The translations under genes were made by a program, and so were the position numbers. DNA of 63,197 bases, filler included, from Octopus bimaculoides (Eukaryota): assembly GCF_001194135.2 (NCBI RefSeq). It is 5 parts of 5 records of this genome, joined end to end, with 100 filler letters (N's around TTAATTAATTAA, not from the genome) between each part and the next. Parts side by side here need not be neighbours in the genome. Positions count along the whole stretch, not along the records: positions 1 to 17,756 come from NC_068983.1; 4 more parts are not named here. One strand, 5' to 3'. Below are positions 1-12,054 of the stretch, piece by piece (position 1 is the stretch's first letter; each line of letters begins with the position of its first letter). The notes beneath the pieces were generated by a model. The model was not told where the DNA came from and searched no databases. It saw only the letters and a program-made list of their open reading frames with translations.

Positions 1-225
1 ACACCATTTCGAGCGTGGCCGTTTTCGTGCGGGTGACACGTAAAAGCACCCACTACACTCTCTGAGTGGTTGGCGTTAGGAAGGGCATCCAGCTGTAGAA
101 ACTCTGCCAAATCAGACTGGAGCCTGGTGTTGCCATCCGGTTTCACCAGTCCTCAGTCAAATCGTCCAACCCATGCTAGCATGGAAAGCGGACGTTAAAC
201 GATGATGATGATGATGATGATGATG
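1..225 (+). mobile_element. Family A repeat with (GAT)n tail (RTE-associated SINE-like); other copies at approx. 17524-17755, 20295-20423, 22660-22840, 25786-25889, 27728-28080, 28812-29060, 30090-30480, 37950-38265, 39160-39360
   Basis: Recurrent gttaggaagggcatccagctgtagaaac...ccaacccatgctagcatggaaagcggacgttaaacgatgatg on both strands. Confidence 0.8.
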
Positions 226-292
226 TTGTACTTGGGGATAGTCATATTGCCAGTTTAGCCAGTATATATATATATCTGTCTATGCATGTGTG

Positions 293-333
<41 letters not shown>

Positions 334-1501
334 ACAAATTTGGGATATTTACTAATAGATAAGCAACTCCTATTTCAAAATAACCTCATGGTATGGTATA
401 TGTAGAGAAAATTAAATCAAATAAAATAATTAAAATAACATAACATAAAATTAGTTAAATAAATATATTTTATCTGTGGGGAAAGAAGGTAATTGCTACA
501 CAAGTAATCACTACACATATTTCTGCACTGGTGGAGTGTGTATTAAGGCTATACTTAATCCACCATGCATCCTCAGGCTATGTATACTATTATTATGTAC
601 GGGTAAAAGTTAAAAATTAAAAGTTAAAAATCATATTAAAAATAAAAATTACAAATATATTTAAAAATATAAAATACCTAAAGTACAATTAAGATATATA
701 TTGAAATTCTCTACCTCAGGAAATTTTAATGATTAAATTAGAAACATATCAAATCTTATAATATATCTAAATAAATATTATAGAAATTGATAATTTAGTG
801 TAAACTATAGCCTTGCCAATATTAGTATAATAAAACATATTTATATCAAATGTGAGTTAATAGTCTAGAATAAAGATTAATTAGTAAATATAACTACTTA
901 TGTTAGAAACTTAGTGAATAAAAGAAGTAAAAAAGGTAGATTACTTTACGACATAAGGTATTATGGGAATTGGGCATAACATAAAAGAATAAAATGAAAT
1001 ACTCTGAAAAATACTCTAAAAATAATATTATAAGAGAGGTTGAAGTCAAGGGGAGATAATAACTAGAAATGAGGCTATAATCATAAAGCTAGCTATAAAT
1101 GGAGTTTTAAAGTGTTGTAGATTTTGAGATGTATGTTACATAAATGTGGCCTGTCTATTCATTTAAAGGTAATCTTGTTTAATAAATTCTTAGTTCATAA
1201 TATATAATACTACTATAAATACTATTAAAACATCTAGTAACTATATTCATCATAAGTGTGTGGAGATGATATGCTGGGGTGGGGGTTAATTTATATATTT
1301 TTTCATTTTATTATACGTAAATCTATTCCTATGTCGGCATTTTATTCCTCTCTTCATTACTGTTTAATAATAATTATTTCGAGTTATTATAATTAATCCA
1401 AAAATCGTAGAGAAAAGACAACAAAAGAAAAACAACAAAGCGAGGACAAGATGCATGCAAAGTATTAATAAGACGCTCAGAGAAGGAACCAAAGAGTGGC
1501 T

Positions 1502-1536
1502 GTTTTATGTTTTGAGTGAAGCTCTTCTCCGGAAAC
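1502..1536 (-). ncRNA. Highly degenerate hammerhead remnant, third family
   Basis: Reverse complement GTTT-CCGGAGA-A-GAGC(TTC)ACTC-AAAA-CA-TA-AAAC aligns to 26662-26696, with flanks also homologous. Confidence 0.35.
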
Positions 1537-1810
1537 AGGAGACATAGAAAAGTCCAAAAGAACAGGAAGAAGAAGGAAAAAAGTTCGCCAACAGTCCACA
1601 TGTAGTTACATTTTGGAATGAGCAGAAGTAGATGGACAAAGAGAAAGTGCTTTCTGGGGCAGGAAAGTATGAAGAATGGTTGGTATCTGTATGTATGTGC
1701 GGCTGTGTGTGCAGTGATATGTGTGTGTATGTGTGATAGTGTGTATACATATGTGTGTATATATATGTATATGTATATATGAATAAATAAATAAATAAAT
1801 ATATATATAT

Positions 1811-2090
1811 AAAGTGTAGTATATTGCCACTTAAGTGTGGCTGACCCCTAGGGGTGGATGTTACTGTTGCTTTTAGCCCCAGGAGGACATCTCCTCCAGC
1901 TGGCTTATCGACACACGACTGTGTCCTGTTTGCCAAGGGAAGTTATCCCTCTCACCTCGATCAGCAGCACGAACGTATCCGGATTTCAGGGTTATTTCCC
2001 TTCGTCGGCGTTCGACAGCTGATGACCTTGGTGAGAGAGACAAAAACCTGGCAAATTTATATCTTCTTTTCCAGTGAAATTCTTCACTGA
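1811..2090 (-). mobile_element. Family F hammerhead-bearing non-autonomous repeat (Penelope/retrozyme-like), copy 1
   Basis: Collinear with 31121-31400 and 42697-42906; one end abuts (TA)n. Confidence 0.7.
1970..2014 (-). ncRNA. Minimal type-I hammerhead ribozyme (family F, copy 1)
   Basis: Reverse complement reads CGAACG-CCGACGA-AGGG(AAATAA)CCCT-GAAA-TCCGGA-TA-CGTTCG; H17=A. Confidence 0.85.
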
Positions 2091-4195
2091 TATTGAAAAG
2101 GTGAAAACAAGCAATGTTAATTCTCTAGGCATCACATGAATAACATAGACAAACACATGAGTGTATAAAGTACCATACAGCATAAATTCTTGATTTTCTT
2201 AAAAGTATCTCTGCTTCTAGAGGATATGTCACAATTAATAAATGGAAATTGAGACCAGATCCATATGAGAAAGGGTGATGGTCTCCTCAATCCTGAATTC
2301 TCTATAGTTGATAGACTGAATATATATATATATATAGGTTTAGATTTAGATTCAAGATTGAATATGGTACTTATGTTTAGGCACCAGAATATAGTATGGT
2401 ATGGTATTATACAAAAACCATTCCAAAAAACTAGGTGATCAAAAAATCAAAATAAGCAACACGGATTTCAAAGATGATTGCAATACGCACGTTTCATGCT
2501 ACTCCATTTATTTAAGTAATGCGAGCATTACATTAAATGCAATATGTAGAGCAATCTTCAGCTGCAGGAAAATGCAGAAAATTACAGTAGAATAGACATA
2601 TTATAATTGTGGCAACATTTCAAATCCAAGTGGGAGGAAGAATACATAAAAATCCATCTTGACANNNNNNNNNNNNNNNNNNNNNNNNNNNNNNNNNNNN
2701 NNNNNNNNNNNNNNNNNNNNNNNNNNNNNNNNNNNNNNNNNNNNNNNNNNNNNNNNNNNNNNNNNNNNNNNNNNNNNNNNNNNNNNNNNNNNNNNNNNNN
2801 NNNNNNNNNNNNNNNNNNNNNNNNNNNNNNNNNNNNNNNNNNNNNNNNNNNNNNNNNNNNNNNNNNNNNNNNNNNNNNNNNNNNNNNNNNNNNNNNNNNN
2901 NNNNNNNNNNNNNNNNNNNNNNNNNNNNNNNNNNNNNNNNNNNNNNNNNNNNNNNNNNNNNNNNNNNNNNNNNNNNNNNNNNNNNNNNNNNNNNNNNNNN
3001 NNNNNNNNNNNNNNNNNNNNNNNNNNNNNNNNNNNNNNNNNNNNNNNNNNNNNNNNNNNNNNNNNNNNNNNNNNAGTATTGTTTTACAGATATCAATATT
3101 AGTTTAACCAATATTTTAACAATAAGAGGTATGCTAATAAAATAAAAAGCATGAAGTAATGTCAGTATTGAATTCAGAGGCTATAGATAAGGTGTAAAGT
3201 CTAAGGATATTAAGTATATTGGGTTCATGAAAATTATTTTGAATTATTTTAAAAAATTATTTAAAAATTTTAGCTGATATATATAATAATACTATTTAGA
3301 AGACACATAAAATTTAAGCTTTATTTTTATAATGTGAAGAAAAAATTAGTATAGGATTTATATTAGTTTATGGGTTTACTAAGGTTTAAGGGACAGAAAA
3401 AGAAAAAAGAATATTAGGAATTAACAAGGACATCCAATACAGGAACCTGATGATTGATTAAAAGTTTCATTAGCCATGGATTTGTTTCAAGATGGGCTAA
3501 TTAAAAATATTAATTGAATAAGGATTAGATTAATTTTGGGCATAAGGATTAGATTTATTTAAGTAAAAAATACAAAATAAACAAGACACTATTGCTGTAA
3601 GCCCTGGAATAATGTAATAACAACAATAATAATGATTCTTTTAAAGTCAAGCAATAAATAACGTAAAAACTTATGAAAATTTTCTATTCTTATAAGCTAT
3701 ATAGGGTTAAGATACATATTGAGAAACTAACAGCAATAGCAGAAGTGGTGTGAAAGAATATCTTCTATGGAGTAGATTTTAAATCCTATTTATCACAAAT
3801 GAATTAAATGTAAAGGTGAGAGATCAGGAATATATGTTATAAAGGTTCAATTTCCAATTTAAAATATGTGCTAATTAATAGCCCTGTAAATTCCATAAAA
3901 CGAAAATTGGAAGTTAAATACAAACAATAAATGTTAATTATAAATTGGATAAATATAACAATAATATTAGGGATAAAAATCCAAATTTACAGGTAAAAAC
4001 TCAATTCAATTCAATTTATTAAAAATTTAAATTAAACTAAGTTTCACAGTATAAAATATAAATATATAGTTTAAACTTAGTTTAAATTGTATTTTAAATG
4101 AAAGATTCGTTAAAATTAGTTTTTGCATATAATATTTCTGTTAGTTTACATTATAATAAACGTAAAGTTAATTATGGAACGTTTATAACTTTGAT

Positions 4196-4582
4196 GTGGA
4201 GGTGCAATGGCCCAGTGGTTAGGGCAGTGGACTCGCAGTCATAGGATCGCGGTTTCGATTTCCAGACCAGGCGTTGTGAGTGTTTATTGAGCGAAAACAC
4301 CTAGAGCTCCACAAGGCTCCAGCAGGGGATAGTGGCGAACCCTGCTGTACTCTTTCACCACAACTTTCTCTCACACTTACTTCCTGTTTCTGTTGTGCCT
4401 GTAATTCAAAGGGTCAGCCTTGTTACACTGTGTCACGGTAAATATCCCTGAGAACTACATTAAGGGTACACATGTCTGTGGAGTGCTCAGCCACTTGCAC
4501 ATTAATTTCAAGAGCAGGCTGTTCCATTGATCGGATCAACTGGAACCCTTGACGTCGTAAGCGACGAAGTGCCAACAACAAC
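4196..4582 (+). mobile_element. tRNA-derived SINE (family B), full length
   Basis: A-box TGGCCCAGTGG, B-box GGTTTCGATT, (CAA)n tail and 11-bp TSD ATAACTTTGAT (4185-4195 and 4583-4593). Confidence 0.88.
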
Positions 4583-6978
4583 ATAACTTTGATATTTTTA
4601 ATAATATTTTTCTATCTTAATATAATAAGTATTTTATATACATTCATTTGTTATTTATTGTTGGTTGATATATACATTCTCTTATTATTATTATTGCTGT
4701 AATTTGACCTGAAGATTAGCTATATTTTTGAATAGAATTGATTTTCGATAGTTTTAGTCATTTCATTATCTTTACCTTATGATATTTACTTTGTATTATA
4801 GTATACTTATTTATTGTGCTTTTACTTATTAATTTTCTATATGTGACTGTGGATTTTCATCGCTGAGTTCATGAACCTTGGTTCTTTTCTCTAAAACTAT
4901 ATATATATACTACTGCCGTTTAGCCCTAGGAAGCTGGACCTAAAAGGGTAAAGGATTATCAATTTATTAATTTATTAATAAATTAATAATAATAATTTTT
5001 GTGGTGAAGCAACTGTTGCTGATCCCTTAATTATGTTTATATATATATATTTATATATATATATATATTTATATTTATACTGAGGGTAATAAATTGAATA
5101 TTAATTTAATTAATATCAATTTAAAACCAGTGGCCTAGCGTATAAAAAAATCTGAAAATTCAGAAAAATTGTATTACATGCGCATAAGAAGGGATGACCA
5201 CGAAGTGGACATCTGATATGCTAGAAAGAGGTCATCAACAGCCCAACCACAAAGAAAAATAATGTTCTCCAGAAAAAATTCAGCAAACACCAGAACATAA
5301 GCGGGCAAGACAAATGGAAAATATACAAAGTAAAGAATTAAGAATTAAGAATATAATATATATATATGTATATATANNNNNNNNNNNNNNNNNNNNNNNN
5401 NNNNNNNNNNNNNNNNNNNNNNNNNNNNNNNNNNNNNNNNNNNNNNNNNNNNNNNNNNNNNNNNNNNNNNNNNNNNNNNNNNNNNNNNNNNNNNNNNNNN
5501 NNNNNNNNNNNNNNNNNNNNNNNNNNNNNNNNNNNNNNNNNNNNNNNNNNNNNNNNNNNNNNNNNNNNNNNNNNNNNNNNNNNNNNNNNNNNNNNNNNNN
5601 NNNNNNNNNNNNNNNNNNNNNNNNNNNNNNNNNNNNNNNNNNNNNNNNNNNNNNNNNNNNNNNNNNNNNNNNNNNNNNNNNNNNNNNNNNNNNNNNNNNN
5701 NNNNNNNNNNNNNNNNNNNNNNNNNNNNNNNNNNNNNNNNNNNNNNNNNNNNNNNNNNNNNNNNNNNNNNNNNNNNNNNNNNNNNNNNNNNNNNNNNNNN
5801 NNNNNNNNNNNNNNNNNNNNNNNNNNNNNNNNNNNNNNNNNNNNNNNNNNNNNNNNNNNNNNNNNNNNNNNNNNNNNNNNNNNNNNNNNNNNNNNNNNNN
5901 NNNNNNNNNNNNNNNNNNNNNNNNNNNNNNNNNNNNNNNNNNNNNNNNNNNNNNNNNNNNNNNNNNNNNNNNNNNNNNNNNNNNNNNNNNNNNNNNNNNN
6001 NNNNNNNNNNNNNNNNNNNNNNNNNNNNNNNNNNNNNNNNNNNNNNNNNNNNNNNNNNNNNNNNNNNNNNNNNNNNNNNNNNNNNNNNNNNNNNNNNNNN
6101 NNNNNNNNNNNNNNNNNNNNNNNNNNNNNNNNNNNNNNNNNNNNNNNNNNNNNNNNNNNNNNNNNTATATATATTCTTTCAGTCTCCATTTACCAAATCT
6201 GCTCATCAGACTTTGATTGGCCTGGGGCTACAGCATAAGGCATTCACCCAAAGTAGCATGCAGTGAGACTGAACCCAGAACTGTGTAGTTAGGAAGCAAG
6301 CTTCTTGCCATACACACCCCACTGCACCTACAGCCACACCTGTGCATATAGTCATGTCTACACCTAATATTTCACATATATTTGTTCATTATATTTTTAA
6401 TAATAAACACTGAGAGGAAGTTTTTGCCTACTAATTGCATGGATAAACTGTGTTAATCAAAAGTTTACATATACCAGACCCTGAAACTTTACTGAATGTA
6501 TATTTAACATCCCAAAAGTAGCCTTGGAGGTACATTTCATTAGCTATGTAATTGGCATAACGAGTTTGAATTGATTGATTCAACTTTGTCTATATTTGGT
6601 AGTGTTGGATACATAAAGTTGAAAGAGGTCTTATAATTGTACCTTTCACTCATAATTAATGAACTATTTCTAATTTTCTCTGAATGCAAGATACAAATAA
6701 TTACAATTTAATAATATACAATTAAGCAACATCTCATAATTAGATATTTTTATTAAATAAGCATTTCAAAATATATATAGACACAGGCATATATACATAT
6801 GATATATATGTATGTATGTATGTATATATATATTTTTCCTATATATATATATATATATATATACATATATACATATATATATATACATATATGCATACAC
6901 ACACATATATACATACATGCATGCATAGACATATGCATATACATATATATACACACATACATATGTACATGCATACTC

Positions 6979-7016
<38 letters not shown>

Positions 7017-7432
7017 AGAGAGAGAGAGAGAGACAGACAGAGATAGAGAGAGAGAGAGAGAGATAATAATGAAGCATGAAGAGTTATACATCTTAAAATT
7101 CATATTTATTCACTAAGGACCCAAAGACACTTATTCAGCAGAAACACATTTTGGAGTGTATGTAATATGAACAAAATGCTTTTCAATAAATAAATTTCAA
7201 AGACATATAACTTTCCTTTATTCATTATTATGTCTTGATAATATACCCTGTACTCTACTTGAAATCCATTGAGGCAAACTCAGGATTTACCTTTCAAAAA
7301 AAGAACAGTTTAACTGTTTATTCTAAATGATTCTAAATGTTTCCTGTTATTTGATGTAATGAGCCAAGTCTGTGTTTTATCAGAGTGTCAAGTTATCTGC
7401 CTAGATTTAAAATCCGTATTCCTTTGCATTTT

Positions 7433-7619
7433 AGGTGTGACTGTGTGGTAAGGAGCTTGCTTCCTAACCACATGGTTTGGGTTCAGTCCCACTGCATGGC
7501 ATCTTGTGCAGATGTCTTCTACTATAGCTTTAGACCACCCAAAGTCTTGTGAGTGCATTGGTAGAGAGAAACTGAAAGAAGCCTGTCATATATATGTATC
7601 GATCTATTTATGTGTATGG

Positions 7620-7667
<48 letters not shown>

Positions 7668-7876
7668 ATTTAAGCCCCTCCACCACCACTACTTGACAAC
7701 TGGTGCTGGTGTGTTTGTGTCCCAGTAACTTAGAAGTTTGGCAAAAGGGACCAATAGTGTAGGTACCAGGCCCTAAAAATTATGTACTGATGTCAGTATA
7801 TTCTACTGAAAATTCTTCAAGGTGATGCCCCAACATGGCTACAGTCTAATGACTGAAACATGTAAAAGATGAAAGA
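7433..7876 (+). mobile_element. Family C tRNA-head SINE with CORE-like segment and internal (TG)n; many other full or partial copies (e.g. 16367-16520, 24570-24770, 25215-25390, 26421-26600, 32230-33010, 39514-39660, 40050-40210, 43880-44050, 44410-44580, 45566-45720, 50975-51110)
   Basis: Recurrent gtgtggtaagaagcttgcttcccaaccacatgg..ggttcagtcccactgc..ggcaccttgggcaagtgtcttctactatagc. The ccttgggcaagt segment resembles the CORE-SINE core. Confidence 0.75.
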
Positions 7877-8304
7877 TACACACACAGAAATATACATGCA
7901 TATATCTACGATGTATATATACATATATATGGATATTATCATAATTTTAACATTCACTTTTCCATGCTTGCATGAGTCAGATGCAATTTTTCAAACCAGA
8001 TTTTTGTACAGCCTAATGCCCTGCATGTTACAAACTCCCACATAATTCCACATATGATAATATTTCCTTATGGTTGGACATGTTTACACAGAAGATTGAA
8101 CACAAATTGCACCATTTCTGTTATGGTAACACCAGTTCAAAACTATTGCATGATGCCAATTCAGTGAAGCACAAACACAAATACATACACTCACACACAT
8201 TCACACACACACACTCACATGAGTGTGTGTGTGTCTTTATATATANNNNNNNNNNTAGATTGATAGATAGATAGATAGATAGATAGATAGACAGACAGAT
8301 AGAT

Positions 8305-10035
8305 ATCTTTCTTTATTAGCCACACAGGGCCAAGCGCAGAGGGGGAAAAATACAATGTAGAGCTTTTCTTTTTGAAAGAAAAATAAAGGAGGAAAAAATT
8401 CCAATCAAAAGGGATCATGTAAAAAAAATATCCAATCAAAAGGGATCATGTATCACAGAACAGAGTAAAAATGTGAAAAACAGATTAGGTTTATCCGTGG
8501 AAAGAAAAGCCTATGAAAAAGACCACAGTAACCTCCAGCAGGGTGGGAAAAAAACACATGAGAGCAAAGTGTTCTCTCTCTCTTTTTTGATTTACAGGAT
8601 GATGCTCAAAGTGGTTTTGCCATTCGCACATACCATCTGTGCTACATTGATCCACTTTTATTGAATCTTCCATGAGACAAAACTTGCCTCTCTATTCTCA
8701 CCTTCCTTTTCAAGTGGTACTTGAAAAACTTGATGAACTATTGGCCTGAGAGGAAAGTGTTTGTCTCTAAACCTTTCGCTCAAGTCCACCACACACATTC
8801 TTTCACCATGGCCACCAGTATGATGAAAACTGCCTTGCCTTCCCGGTTAAGGGAAAGTGGCAGAGCAATTTTCATGATAGACTTGGCTGACAACCAAGTT
8901 CGTCCCACACATGATAGCAGCCGTTCAGCATAATCCCACAGGTCCGAAATGGTTGAACACATCATGAGTGTGTGCAGAACGGTTTTGTCACTCTGACTGC
9001 ATCTCAGGCATGTTGGTCAGGTGTATCTCGAACCATGCCTGTAGAGCTTATCTCGAATAGGTTATTCTTCCCAATAGCACTGCTAGGCCAGAGATCTCTG
9101 GTGATTGTTCATGGGTCCCAGTCCGAAAGTTGTCCTGATCAGGCAGGTCAGGTGTTCCTTGTTGATGCCAAGAATGTCGTCACACCTCCCCTCCACTAAT
9201 CCTCTATAGAACGCCTTCATGGAATTGAAGTCGCACAAGTTTGGTCCCGAACGACAGAGTTGCTTGAGGGTAAGGTAGCACTCATGGTGCCATTTGCCTA
9301 GCCTCGGTCTCTGTTTGATCCATGATTGCAGTTCAGCTAAAGAGATGAGTTGTGGGAAAGTGCACCTCACAAATGACAACCACACCTGTTCATCATTGTC
9401 TATGAAGTCCTGTAGATGTCACAATCTCAGCGTATGTCTATACATCATCAACCACGGCATGCCCAGCCCTCCATTTAGCAGGTGTTAACAGCAAATGGAT
9501 CACCTAAACATCGGAATGCTTCCCTTCCACAAAAAACAGAAGAGTATGTGTTCCAGTTTGGTGATGGTAGGGTCGGGACAAGGCACAACGATCAAACAGT
9601 AATTGATGACAGATGCGATGTACGCGTTTGCCACTACTGCTCGACCTTTTAGGGATAACTTCTTCTTGGCCCATTGCTGGGTGAGAGTGGCCACGCTACT
9701 TGTTATCTCATTCCAGTTCTTCTCCATTTGGAGGTCTGGACCGAACCAGACCCCGAACAATATAATTGGTCCGTCAGTCCAGCGTCCCACGATGGAGATG
9801 CTGTTAGATGGCATGGGCTTGCTTCTCCAGGTGCTGAGCTGCAAGTCCACTGACTTTTCCTGGTTAATTTTTGCTCCTGTTACTGCTTCGTATTCTTTTA
9901 GTGTTTCGCCAACTAGGTCGATATGCCTTAGGCTCAACACTATCACGGTGATGTCATCCGCATATGCAGACATGCTCCTCCCGCATCCCAGTTCTTGTGG
10001 GATGCCCCTTAGCGTCACCAGCTTCCGCAATAGTT
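8305..10035 (-). mobile_element. 5'-truncated L1/Tx1-clade LINE (RT C-terminal half to 3' end)
   Basis: Minus ORF 9500-10030: SAYADDITV...EAVTGAKINQEKS...LGVWFG-like...LSLKGRAVVAN...FLWKG. AATAAA at 8317-8312 near the 3' end; downstream frames are disrupted. Confidence 0.85.
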
Positions 10036-10093
10036 ACTTTAGAGTCAATACGTACAGAAGCGACAGATAGATAGACAGACAGACGGACGGACG

Positions 10094-10175
<82 letters not shown>

Positions 10176-10265
10176 CAGAGATTCATCCATACATACATAC
10201 ATACATACTCTATTCTTATAGCGAAACAATATCCCACGATGCATTTGCAGAACCAGTGTTGATCC

Positions 10266-10649
10266 TGTAGTGACGTCACATTGGCGCCAAAAGGCCGACG
10301 CCATTGCTGAATCCTTAACCACGCATGCGTGGGTTTAAACATCGAAGCGTTCCCGCTACTAGACTGTCTCTTACCAAGCCAGACAGCGACCAAGCAAGAC
10401 GTCTAAGCAGGCTCTCCCATTTGAGTGTGGTTGAACCAAATTGTCTCTATAATGACACCAGCACGAAGAACCGTACATCTACATTTCAGGCTACTCTAAA
10501 ACCGAACAATTAGAAGCTGTTTTCCTTTTCCACCGAACAATAAATATTTGTTGTTGTTGATCAGTTTGGAGTTTCTGCGTTCAGTTCTCTTCTAATTAAT
10601 ATAGGAAAGTTAGGTGTATATCTAAAGATATATAACCCATTCTCCTAAA
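10266..10649 (+). repeat. 5' LTR (384 bp)
   Basis: Direct repeat of 11671-12054 with 9 substitutions counted by eye. Starts TGTAG, contains TGACGTCA and AATAAA. Confidence 0.92.
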
Positions 10650-10650
10650 G

Positions 10651-10663
10651 TGGTGACCCCGAC
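10651..10663 (+). promoter_or_regulatory. Primer-binding site, tRNA-Trp type
   Basis: TGGTGACCCCGAC lies 1 nt after the 5' LTR and is complementary to the 3' end of eukaryotic tRNA-Trp (...GUCGGGGUCACCA). Confidence 0.8.
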
Positions 10664-11099
10664 TAAGGAACGACTGCAGCCACAACAATCTGGACTGATC
10701 AGCATCATCATTGGTATGAGCAACATGAGTTTCCGGCCGCCGTCATCATGATCATCATAACGACTTTTTGAACAATTTCACAGTGAGATATTGACTCTAT
10801 AGCATTTCCGACTATACGAACTCACATTGTGCCAAGCTGACACAGACGTTCTTTTTTTCTTTCTTTCTGACTATTATTTTCCATTTCCTTTCAGGCACGT
10901 CAAGGTGGGTTTTCAAAAAAAAANNNNNNNNNNTGTGCACATACATTACAGAGGAAAACAGAAAGGGTACAGAAAAAAAATAGTGTGTTTCCTTTTCCAT
11001 TTGCGGTGAAATTTTTTTGGCCTTTTGCATATTTTATACGTTTTTCGTTATTGTTTCTTCCTATTTTACCTTTGACGGAATCATTACCAATATGTGTGC

Positions 11100-11640
11100 G
11101 TTGCCAAGCCTGCCTTCATTCGCCGGAGAGACTCGACTTGTTTCAAATTGCTCTGAGTTCTCCACGGATACACCACGTACTGTTTCCGTAGATCCTGCAA
11201 GGCAGTCCTCTTCAGTGACCAATGAGGATTTGCTACGTAGCATTCAGGAGCTCACTCGCACCGTAAATAACCTCTGTTTCTCGAGACCTCGTGGTGGTTC
11301 CCAATCTCGTAGTGTTTCCCGGTCTCGAAAATTTTCTCGAGATCGGGGAGCTACCTGGAAGAAGCAAGGTCTGTGTTGGTACCATGCAAACTTTTCGAAC
11401 AAGGCGACAAAATGTATTCAGCCTTGTTCGTTCAAGGCGTCGGGAAACGAGTGGAGGAGAAAGTGCGCACGTCACTTTCCTCCACCCAACCTGTTTTTAA
11501 TTGTGCAATATTCGTCCAGGACCAAGTGTCGAAGAAATTCTTCATGGTTGACACTGGTTCCTGTTGTAGTATTTGTGCTGCATTTTCTGCGTGGTTTTCG
11601 ATGGCCATCTCGCCTCAGACATCCCTCCAAAATTTTTTAA
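11100..11640 (+). pseudogene. Gag C-terminus plus aspartic protease remnant in the -1 frame
   Basis: ORF 11017-11640 encodes LCWYHANFSNKATKCIQPC. The -1 frame (ORF 11373-11675) encodes FFMVDTGSCCSI. Confidence 0.8.
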
Positions 11641-11670
11641 TTTCGTGTTTCACACTCAAGGGGGGGCCAT

Positions 11671-12054
11671 TGTAGTGACGTCACATTGGCGCCAAAAGGC
11701 CGACGCCATTGCTGAATCCTTAACCACGCATGCGTGAGTTTAAACATCGAAGCGTTCCCGCTACTAGACTGTCTCTTACCAAGCCAGACAGCGACCAAGC
11801 AAGACATCTAAGCAGGCTCTCCCATTTGAGTGTGGTTGAACCAAGTTGTCTCTATAACGACACCAGCACGAAGAACCATACATCTACATTTCAGGCTACT
11901 CTAAAACCGGACAATTAGAAGCTGTTTTCCTTTTCCACCGAACAATAAATATTTGTTGTTGTTGATCAGTTTGGAGTTTCTGCGTTCAGTTCTCTTCTAA
12001 TTAGTATAGGAAAGTTAGGTGTATATCTAAAGATATATAACCCAAACTCCTAAA
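11671..12054 (+). repeat. 3' LTR (384 bp)
   Basis: Preceded by polypurine tract AAGGGGGGG (11658-11666), followed by TSD ATCC. Confidence 0.92.

Larger units (their letters stand above)
10266..12054 (+). mobile_element. Internally deleted Ty3/Gypsy-type LTR retrotransposon (1789 bp)
   Basis: Two 384-bp LTRs, ATCC target-site duplication (10262-10265 and 12055-12058), PBS, PPT, Gag CWYH...KC..PC knuckle and protease VDTGS. No RT, RNase H or integrase. Confidence 0.92.

Noticed and set aside
1505-1936. ORF MANRTQSCVDKPAGG... recurring at 41699-42820
   Set aside because: Non-ATG start inside the family F repeat, running into (TA)n. The recurrence reflects the repeat, not a protein.
2607-3111. 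Long X-filled ORFs here and at other N runs
   Set aside because: Artefacts of translating assembly gaps.
4196-4270. tRNA gene
   Set aside because: The A/B boxes belong to a SINE head that continues into a SINE body with TSDs.
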